From: Asterias rubens
Lineage: Eukaryota
Assembly (NCBI RefSeq): GCF_902459465.1
Contig: NC_047067.1
Span: 21,452,001 to 21,516,000, forward strand
DNA length: 64,000 nucleotides
Direction of reading: 5' to 3'
The position numbers were made by a program, and so were the translations under genes. Shown in pieces: positions 23,372 to 34,140 of this stretch. Each line of letters starts with the position of its first letter. The stretch's first letter is position 1. The notes beneath the pieces are model-generated. The model saw only the letters and a list, made by a program, of their open reading frames with translations, had not been told where the DNA came from and searched no databases.

Positions 23372-26300
23372 CAGGCATTTTAATCGGTGACCCTTTTTTC
23401 AATTCACTCTTTGTGGAGTTGGTCTTAGTTTTGAATATTCGGGCCGTGTCACAGGGGGCGTTTTACAGGCAACCAGTTCCAGGCAATCTCCAAGAAGAAA
23501 AGGCATTCACATTTGAATGTTCCCATATGTTTCTTAGGGATCAGAAGATCCACATTGCTTGAAAAAAAGACTCATGTGTTACAGAAGTGATCATGTATTA
23601 TGCCTTGCAGTTGGTTGCCGGCAAAAAGTTCCTTGTGTGACAAGGCCCTAACTTTTTATAACACCACATTATTATCCAGTGTATAAACATTAACAAATCA
23701 TGACAAATAACGGTATTAAGTGAAACATACAGTACAACTGGTTTCAGGCCTGATTCTTCATTTGTTGATGGTCAAGGGCAACACGGCATTTTCTTCTTGG
23801 TCAAGGACAACTCTATGTCAAAATTGTAAATTTCTATTGGAACAAGGAGGCAATTGCCTCCATGGAGTATTATTTAATGCACTGAACTCATGAATTGAAC
23901 ATTTACTGTAAAATAATGTTAACTTATTTTTGGTTTGACATCCTGAAATCATTGTGAAAGCATTTCAATTATCAATGTTTGTTTCTCTCCAAACAGTAAA
24001 GTCAGCTATAATAAGATATAAATTCACAATAGCACAAACAATCTTAATTAAGAGAGAAAGCAGATTTTTGTTTCAGTTGAAATGAGCTTCAACAACCAAA
24101 AGATAATAATGTACTTAATTTTGTTAAGACTGTCTTTAAATGTAAGACACACAATTTACCAACAGTATGAACTGCCTTAGATTTGTTTTTTTAAATCCAC
24201 ATGGATTTTTCTATGTGCATTTAGGTAGTGATATTTATTATTTTATATTATTTTAACTTGGCACTTAAAAAGTAAAACATTCACAATAGCAATGCTTGAT
24301 GTATGTACTCTCAAAACAATTTGAGGGACACCAAGACCAAGACAACAGTGATATGGAGAAACATTTTCATCGATTTTGTTTTGAGAAAAATCAGTCTTAT
24401 TGCAGCTCTATAGCCATTTTGAGATATGGTGGACAATGCACTATGACACTATCTATTAGATTTGGTTAAAATGGTCTGAAAGTACATACATACCCAAACC
24501 AAACAGTCCACTCCTACCTATAGTGGCCACCATTTCTCAAAAAGGTTAATAGAATGGTCCCCTGATGTAGACAACATCAAAAAAATGTCTTCAAGTCAGC
24601 AGTATTAGGGCGTATCCAAATTGACGACTTTGGTTCATAGCCAGTTTAAAGTTAACTGCAGATGTTAATGGCCGTAGCTGTGGTCCAAGGGAAGTCAATT
24701 TTAATTGGATGCAGCCTTTATCAGTCATACACTCATGGGGCAGTGGCAGCTTTCTTAAAGAAAATCTCATCTGCCATTTTTATCCTGTTTTCAACATACT
24801 CAGTATATTTTCCCAAATTATAAGACATTCTCACAGTGCCAATTTTTATCCATAAAGCTGAAATATTGTAAATACTGTACATGTGACCCTTGTTTAATAC
24901 AAGTTGAGCAAGATTTATGGGTTTCTGTTCAGAACAAGCTTGCCTTTTATTGTATACAAAATGTTGGTTGTACATATGAAGAAATTAAATTTTTTGAACC
25001 AATTTGTTTTGGCAGATGTTACAAATAGGGATGGTGTCTTTTTTTCTTCTCGTTTTTTCCTTCTGACATCTACAGGGTATTGCTTTTATAAAATTATGAA
25101 AGTTGTTTTTAAAAACCTCAATTTAATTAACGTGTGCATTTGAAATTTGATTATGTCAGTTTCCATTCTGTCAAGAGCTAATATGCACAAAATTACAACA
25201 ATGTATTCCAGAAACATTTTCATTATTGTTTCATGGCATTCTATTATTGAAACTGCTCATTTTGTGATAGCCCGGCAATATACCTTGAGAAAAATGATCT
25301 TAAATTACTCAAATTCAGATTTTGGTAAAAGGGGGAAAATGAAATTAATATAGATTGCCACTTTATTTTCAACTAACTTTTATAAAAGAGGTTCTGAAGT
25401 TCATCTGATGGAATAGCTTTCATGGTCTTCTTTTGTTTCAGACGCAAATAGAAGGTAGACATGGTTTACCTGTAAAGTGTTTCCTTTGGCTTGATTCAGA
25501 GCAAGCCTTGTAGTTGAAGTTTATACATTTTTTATTTATTTTGCTTTGAAGGATTTATGTTTGTCGTGTATATAATATGTTAATGATATTATTCTTGCAC
25601 TAGGGATAAAATAGTGATTGTTCAAATTGAACAATTAATTGTAGGTTTTGCTTTTCGGTATGTATTATGATCTCTGTTTACATGCGGTTTTCCGTTGTGG
25701 TGGGCAAAGTGAAATTGTTTTATGTTTACTGGTCAACTTGGAAAGCACCTTGTATACATCAGTGATTTTACAAATACATGGAATCATAGTACTTTACTGA
25801 GAGACAAAACCTAGAATAACTTAAAATAAATTGTACATGTACTTATTAATTCTATTGAACTCGTCTGTTATTGGAAATAACACATGAACAAAAGATATAC
25901 ATGTACCAAAGAAACTTTGTGTCGTTCGTTATTTATTTTGTCAATTTGTGTTTATGTATTGTATGTTGAATCTCTGAAACTGCAAGAATTTGAAAGAAAA
26001 GAAAACGAGGAACCACAGGGAGTGGGTTTGTGACAATCCTTGGTGAAAACTTTGTTGGGGTTAAAATGTTTTGTTCTAAAGAAAGGGACAATTTTGTCTA
26101 ATATAATTAGTTCCAAAATTGCAGATAGATTCTAAAAAATTATCAGTTTGAAAATATATTTCACCAAAGCATCATTTGGTAAAAACAAATTCAGGCACTC
26201 ACGCATGAGCAGTGCCCTAAAAAGGGGGCCCGTCCAACCCCGTAACACCCACCCCCCCCCCCCCCCCCCCCCACCTGCCCCAAGCTTTCAGAGTTCACTG

Positions 26301-26660
26301 ACCTCGACGCCGCCCTTCATAACTCGCGAAGGGCGCCACCAAGTGGTTGTTGTTTAAACCTTTCGTGAATGCGCCTTTGCTGGCATATTTGATCGCCAAA
26401 CGGGGTTGTGTCTCCTTATTTCTTCTCAATGGTGAGTACTTTTAGCTTACTTTTATCGTTTTAATGATTTTGAATGCTTTTAGCTTTCTTCCGTATGTAT
26501 TTGGTTGCGTGTTGAATTGAAACAATGACTGCAATAAAGGATTCTGTGGTGGTACATTGTCTGCCATTAATTTGGTACTCTTGTGAAAATAGTGCCCAGT
26601 TTCCGGACGCCTGTCATTTTGAGTAATGTATAGCATGGATGGCATGGGCAACTGGGGGAT

Positions 26661-26925
26661 ATGGCGCCACCACTTTTTCACTCATTTTTACAAAAAGGTA
26701 TATCTCATTGAGGTAAATTAGATACTATAGTATATGGATAACTTTCCGTATGGCGCCACCACTTTTTTACAAAAAGGGATATCTCATTGACTCTGACTCT
26801 GAGGTAAATTAGATACTATATTATTTCATATCGAATGAAAAAGTGGTGGCGCCGTACGGAAACTTTTCCTACTATATTATTTCATTTTGAGTGAAAAAGT
26901 GGTGGCGCCATACGGAAACTTTTCC
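26661..26925. repeat. Nested foldback (inverted plus direct repeat) element, MITE-like
   Basis: There is a perfect 24-bp inverted repeat atggcgccaccactttttcactca (26661-26684) / tgagtgaaaaagtggtggcgccat (26888-26911). An inner inverted repeat lies at about 26746-26767 / 26838-26859, and the internal blocks are duplicated. Confidence 0.8.
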
Positions 26926-27334
26926 TTATTTATAAATTAGTCCCACTAAATGTACGGATGCGTTCGACTACCAGTAGTAGCATTGACCTCCTGTGATTTC
27001 TTCCTCTTTGTAGATGGTCTATCTTACAATAATTAATATTACAAAATGTTGGGGGGGGGGGGGGTTCCAGCCTTGTCAGCTGTCTGCTGAATCATTCATG
27101 AATTGAATTGAATTGAATGTCTTTAAAATTTTATTAACAAAAACTAAATTATAAAGAATAACAATTTAATTTACAATCTTGTTCCAGAAATGATTTCTAC
27201 TTTATTAAAAAGTTTTATTTGATTAAAGGAAACACTACACTTGTTTGTAAGTTTGTTGACGTCAGGGTTATTTAAAATCCAAGGCCTGAAAAATGACTCA
27301 CTCCTTTATTCTCAGATTGAGTTTTTCATACATC

Positions 27335-30300
27335 ATGCAAGCTTTGATTGATGTCAAACCTGATGAGAAGCCAAAACTCTTCTGCATCTGCAAGACACCA
27401 GATGACGGAGGGTAGGAATTTATTTTCTTAGATTAGAAGGGCCTCTGTAGAATTGTACAAGGCAGTATATGCAATTTCTTCTGATGTACTTTATGTGTTA
27501 TTCTCATGGAGCGTTCTACCTGAACAGTTTTCCTCTGTTCAAATGCTAGTTAAAACACCTGAGGACCAGTCAAAATTATCTCTAAGTGGTCTGGCTGGCT
27601 TGAATGTAAAGTGATTGTAGAAAGGCATCAATATTTAGAATGGATTAGGACTAGTAAAGAAGATGGTAGACAAGTAAAATGACAAGCTTACTGTTTCCGC
27701 AAAGGGTAAACACTGAAATAGTTAAGGGCAAACTCTGTCATGGAATCTATTTTAATTATTTATTATTTTGCAACCACAGGCGCTACAAATAATTTATTGT
27801 AGATATCGCATGTGTCTTGAGTAAATACCTTTCCTCCTTTTAGGATAGATTTCCTTGACTGTTTAGGACATTTAACCTTTAGAGAATATTTTTGTTGATC
27901 ACTTGATCTAATAGATAGACACAATGTGAGATGCCATGTAAAAGTTCCATTATGTTTGCACATATAGAAATGCAAAATAGTTAGACCAATATTTTTTTAT
28001 TAGTCATGTGGAATATGATAATAACATTCACTGTCGGAATGATTGATAAGTTATCACAATTGAGCATTGTACATAATGGCCGTATTATGTGACACTCTTT
28101 CAGGTTCTACTTAGGGTGTGACAGCTGCCAAGGATGGTTTCATCCAGTCTGTGTGGGTGTGGCCCAACAGGATGCCAAAAAAGACGGAGCATGGCACTGC
28201 CACGCCTGCACATCTAGGATTGCAGGTGACCCTGCAAACAAAGGTAACAACAAACAGGGTGTGAAACAACCAGGCAGGCTACTCGTGTGGGATTCAAACC
28301 CAAAACCTTTGCCATTCCAGAGAAGATGACGAACAACTGGACAACCTCATTCTTTAATCATTTATTACCTTGACAATCATTCCCCCTTGTGTGGGGTTGA
28401 CCAAAAAAAAACTAAAGGTTAACTTACTTTGAGAAAGTTTGTGTATGGTTAACAACACGTCTTGAATAGAACCCCGGACCACTCGGCCACCAATGCTCTA
28501 CTATTTCTTTCTATACTTTCTGCTTTTTCTTTCATGAGAGGCTTGTTAACACTCGCTGCACAGGGGCCTAGTTTGGCAGAGCTGCTAAGTAGATTGTGTT
28601 ACTGTGCACATTATTGCTAAGCAATCACTAACAAGGGAACAGTCTTGTGCACATCTTCACATAGCATTGCTCTGATAGTGACCTGTTTCTGTATAGCACA
28701 CATTTTCTCCTGTGTGCTGTAAGCAGCTCTACAAAATAAGCCGCTGTGGTTTCTCTCAAACTCTTAGCGCACATTTACACCCTGTCGGTATTGTGCCCTG
28801 ACTCCACATCGCTTAATTTTCCTTTCAGCTGCAAATGAGCACCATTGGCCTACTGGTCCCTTCATTATACCAGTCTCTGAGATGCCAAACGAAAACCCTA
28901 AATCCCCTGAAATTCCCGACCTTGCAGTTGACATACCCAGCCTTGCTGACGAGCTCGCCGACCTGCAGAACCCTCAACCTCAGCAGCAGCAGCAGCAGCT
29001 CCACAGCCAGGGGATGATGACCGGTGTCGCCCAAGGGACCGCTGATTGCCAAGGAGGAGCGTCTACTCGGACAACAATGGCGGAGGTTAACAACGAAGGG
29101 ATGTCCATGAGACCTAGACGGGAACGATGTTGCTGCCCTTACTGTGAAGAAGACAGAAAAAAGTAAAAACTCTTCTTCTTTTTTCAAGTTTGTGTTTTTT
29201 TTTTTCAAGTTTGATTTTTTCTTTCTTATTTTGTTTAAGTATTTGGTTTTGGGTATTTTTGGCATTCTATTTAGCAAACATAGTAGGCATGTAAATTTTG
29301 TCCAGACACGCCTTCAAGCAGTTTTAAAAGCTGTGCAAATTTCCATTTGTGTTAGTTGTTGGCAACCCGGCAAAGGGTTACATATATGTAACATTTTCTG
29401 ATTGGGCAGTTGGAAAGCTTCAACTTGCCGACCAGCTAAGAAAAGCTGTCTGCCATAATGAAAACCAGGCTCACTGGGTAGACCACTCAACATTTTCAAG
29501 ATTTTTGTTCTACGAATACAACTTTGAAGAAACAGCTCTTTTAAAAAAACACTTGCAGTCTTGTTCCTAAATAACATACACCATACTGATTGATTGACTC
29601 TTTAGGAGTGGCATCACCCTAGGGGTCAGAGGTCACATTTGCCACATCCAAGCCTGCAGTCGCGTGTTTGCGAAGTCAACAGAGCTCAAGGCTCACTCAA
29701 GGATTCACACCGGTCAACAGCAAAATGTCTGCGACTGGCCGGAGTGTGGAAGCAGTTTCTGGCGATCTGATGAACTCCTGCGACACTACAGGACTCATAC
29801 AGGTAAGGTGTTCCGGAAATGATTTTAATTTGAAGTTTTGGTTTTGTTGAAAAAAAAGTTTAAAATGCCTGTAAATGATACACGTGTTACATTTGTTGTT
29901 GCTGCTACCACTTTATCAATTCTGATTAATAACCCTTTTTCCCCCAGAAGTTTTTACAGAAAATAATCTTGCTAGTACAATCACTGTCAATTATTACCTT
30001 TTTGGAAAGAACTTTTTTATTACTTGAGCCCAAATAATTCTTTCTGTTTGGGGTTTGAAATTCACAGCCAGACGCCGCAAAGCTAAAACCACGCCCAGTA
30101 AAGTGGTTGGGGAATTGCCGCACATCTGCGACTGGCCATTGTGTGGGCGGGGCTTCAAGCGGGCTGACAAACTCCAACGACACTACCGGACGCACACAGG
30201 TACAAATATCACAAACAAATTATCATTAGATAAACCTCCCTACTCTCATGATCAAGTTATTTGGGGCTTGACAAAGTTAAGGTGTCACTAATTCCATACC

Positions 30301-32984
30301 TTTTTGACCTGTGCATGTTGAAATAGTGGAGTTTGTCAGCCCATTCATTTAGAGATCATCTTTGGTAAAATTAAAAAATGTTTAGTGAATTGAGAACATT
30401 TGTAACTTTTTTCCTTTCTTCACAGCTTCTTAACTTCATGATCCTATAGAAAGAAACTGGCACAATTTAAGATGAGAATATATTTTTGTTGAAAAGTTTC
30501 TTTTTTTTCTTGTCTACTGGGAACCAGGAGAGAGGAAGTACCAGTGTACACAATGTCTGAAGCGGTTCCTGCGTAGCGACCATCTGTCCAAACACGTCAA
30601 GACGCACGATAACAAGAAGACTAGAGGTCGACGGAAGCAGACTGGTCCAGCGAGTGCAGATCAGAACATGATTGTGGACAACGTGGTGCCCATAGCTGGG
30701 GGAGGAACATCCAATACTGGTAAGGAAAGGAAGAGAAGCGTTTTAATTGTGAAATACATTTGATTTTGAAATTGATGTTTATGTCTTATCAAGATTTTAT
30801 ATATACTTGTGGATATAAACTTTGTATTATCCCATTGAGATGTACATATCTTGTTGATGCCTGTTGGTACACTATTGATATCTTATTGATAATTGGTTGA
30901 TATTTGTTGACATAATTAATATCTTGTTGAAATTGTTATAATGATCTTGTTGAAATTGTTTATTTCTTTGTGATATCTTGTTGGTATTTTATTGATAAGT
31001 GGTTGATTTCTTGATGACATCGTATTGTGTTCTTACTTTCATAATATCTTGTTTATTTCTTGTTGATATCTTGTTGATGCTTGTTGACAAAATGATATCT
31101 TGTTGGTATGTGTTGATTTCTTGTTGATACGCTTAAAATGTGTAGATATTTTGTGTAGATGCATTTACATTGATGATATAATTTTTGGTTATATATCTTG
31201 CTTATTGACTGATTTACCTCAGGAAGTGTAAAAGTCCAGATTTCACTGTGTGATTATATTCTGCGGAAATGTACTATTATACATCCAACATTTGTATAAT
31301 AATAAACGGCTGTTTTTATATATCACATTCTACTGATATGTTTTTTTATAACCTACTGAAGTATTTATATTTTATTATATTATGTTGCCAATTCAATTTG
31401 ATGAGACTTGTTGTTGTTATTTGTTGTTGTTGTTTATCAGTTGGTTATAATCAAGCTCCCATTGAAGGATCGGAAGAAGAGTCTAAAAAACAAGCAGCTG
31501 CCCAGAAGAGAATACAAAGACAGCCCTGTAGCTGCCCCAACTGCGTGATGGACACCAACAGGTAAGATGGTATACCCAACATACAGTTGGTGAAAGATAT
31601 TTTATGTCATTCAATTCTACTCAATTATTTAAATTTTTATTTTACAGTTGTTGGTATCATTATAAAATGTTGCTAAAGATTTTGTGTGTACAATTTCAGA
31701 CACGAATGACAACAATTTTTTGGGGCCACGACTAATGGTATCTTTGCTTATCATTATTTGTGTAAAAAAAGCATCTCTGGTACTTGCGTTGCTTTAGAAA
31801 TGTGTTATTGGGACATACACTTATTATAATAATTTATTCCTAATAAAATCATCTACAACCTCATCAATTTCCTACTAATCATCAAAATTCTGTTTTTACT
31901 TTGTGGAGTTGTTGCACTTAATATTTGCATCTTTTGTGTTGACAGATTGAAATTATGTTAACTTCCAACATTAGTTTCATCCAAACATTATCTCTTTCTG
32001 AATTTGTTTTCATTCCAATAAATGAGAATAAAGTTACAGCATTGTTTGAGTTAGTGCCCTTTATTCAGAGATACTTTTTGTAGACTCTGAGTTAATGGAG
32101 TTTGTGTGAAGTAACATTTGCCTGATTTCCCCTTTACAGGCAACCGGGTGAACCAAGTCCCTTTGGTCCTAAGAAGCATTTATGCCACATTGAAGGCTGT
32201 GGTAAGGCCTTCGCTAAGACGTCCCACCTTAAGGCTCATATCAGGGGTCATACCGGGGAGAAACCTTACATCTGCTCATGGATGGGATGTCAAAAATGCT
32301 TCACAAGGTCAGATGAACTACAGAGACACTCCAGGACTCATACAGGTAAACAATAAAACCAAATCAGCAATTAATAAATACATCGTTTGGTTATTATCCA
32401 CTACTAAAATTGGGTCAGTTTGAATCTGAAACCTGATAATAAATAGTTCTTCCTAAAATACTGTCAAAGTTAACCACAAAGCAGATGAAGATTTTGACCC
32501 CCCTCCCCCTTAAAAAACATTCCCCCCCCCCCCTGCAATTAAGTAAAACCTGACATTATCTAACAAAATCTTTTACTAAACACTCTTTGTTGTTTTCACT
32601 AAAAGATGAGAAATGAAGTTATCTAAGGTTGGTTTTATTTGATTGTTGAATCCTTATTCAGGGGAGAAACGCTTCTCATGTCCAGAGTGCCCGATGAGCT
32701 TCATGCGCAGCGATCATCTCTCAAAACACGTCCGGACGCACGACAACAAGAAGACCCGCGTACAGACGCAAGGGGAACGAGGTGAGAAGCGCCATCAATG
32801 TCCAGATTGCCCCAAGCGTTTTTGGCGAAAGGACCACCTAAAGAAGCACGCTAATACTCACCCAAACCCACAGGGTAACACTCCTAATCTCAGTAGTATC
32901 CAAGCGACGCTGCAGATCATTAATCAACCTCAGTCTGCACCCATGTCGGAAAGTTTGCCTCCGTTGGCCTCAACCTCTTCTTGA
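27335..32984 (+). CDS. Sp-derived chimeric factor: PHD finger + Q-rich + btd box + 4 C2H2 fingers + btd box + 4 C2H2 fingers, 573 aa. Exons 27335-27411, 28104-28243, 28829-29162, 29606-29802, 30068-30199, 30528-30719, 31441-31561, 32140-32345, 32662-32984.
   Basis: The PHD reads [12 protein letters not shown]|[19 protein letters not shown]...WHCHAC. The btd boxes are [12 protein letters not shown] and [13 protein letters not shown], and there are eight Sp-type fingers. All eight introns are GT-AG with compatible phases, giving 1722 nt without an internal stop. Splicing of the two modules into one mRNA is inferred, not proven. Confidence 0.85.
30846..31130. repeat. Degenerate satellite with a unit of about 11 bp (gatatcttgtt)n in the intron between the two Sp modules
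   Basis: Repeated atatcttgttga / atttcttgttga variants. Confidence 0.75.
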
Positions 32985-33789
32985 ACTTTGTATTGTCAAT
33001 GATTTCTTTTTTAAATCAATTTTTATTTCCTCTCAAAGATTTTTATTGTGAAACTTCCAAGGTAAAAAGTGAAACACTACTTCCAAAATCTGGGAGGTAC
33101 TGGTTGTTACCCTAATCTTCTTCTCAACAAAAGATAAACAATATCAGATAAATAATGAGTGACAAAACAAATCAACAAAAGGAAACAAAATTCTGATACC
33201 AAATGTGTGCGATCTTTGAAAGTAAAAAAGCAGTTTTATGGAAGTGTGCTTTCATAACTTGCTGTATTTCTTGAAGACCCAAGGCTTAACAGCATCTAAA
33301 AGCTTAAGATAATACAATATAATTTGTTTTAAAGCAGTAGTGTTAATTTTGTACATTATTTTATTTGTGTGTAAATTCACTTTTTTTTTTTCCCCCGTAA
33401 AAGTTTATTGTTGATAGTTTAGTCTGAGAGCATTATGAAGTCGTGTTTGATTATTTAATTAGAAATGTTTTTTATTCTAAATGTTGTGTTGTTTATATTT
33501 CTGAGATCTGCTTCAAACACTGAAATAACACCGAGTGTATTATGGTGTTTGGTGTTTGCTTAGTGTCGAGACTAACTTTACCCTGGCCAGTCTTTTCTGC
33601 TTGTGATGGGTCTGTACCAAGAATGATTAACTAGCGTTTTTAGTAATAATCACCAGTTGTACAAATATACTCAAATATAAAATCAAGAAGTCATTATTTT
33701 AAAATGAAAATAACTTCCTTGGCCAATCGTCACTGTTGTTTGTCTTCAGCCTGTTAAGCACTGAGACAAATCTGTCTTGGTAGGTTACT

Positions 33790-34140
33790 TCATAACTTGT
33801 GCTTAGCGTGATGGCTATATCATCAGCGTAAATGTTTTGAATTCACTCGTTTCCTTGAGCAGGACCCTTCATCTTAATATCTGTTCGTTACCCAGGAGAG
33901 TAAACGGTTACCCATGAGGGTTGAGAATGATTACCTACGGGTGTGCCAACTTGGCTAATGGTGCTGCATACTCCTCAGGAGTCGTTACCTAGGAGAGTAA
34001 ACGGTTACCCATGAGGGTTGAGATTGATTACCTACGGGTGTGCCAACTTGGCTAATGGTGCTGCATACTCCTCAGGAGTTGAAATAATATAAAGAGTGCC
34101 TTTGGCTTGATGAATAGTTGGTAGATAGCGCAAGTCGCTT
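33790..34140 (+). mobile_element. SINE-like element containing a 2 x 97-bp internal tandem duplication (33886-34079)
   Basis: A CORE-like ttccttgagcaggacccttcatct is followed by two near-identical 97-bp units starting cgttacc(c/t)aggagagtaaacgg at 33886 and 33983. Confidence 0.6.

Noticed and set aside
31269-31440. Independent ATG-initiated gene for module B (ORF track 31269-31565)
   Set aside because: The upstream part is low-complexity intronic sequence ending in a strong acceptor (tttatcag at 31440) that is in phase with the 30719 donor.
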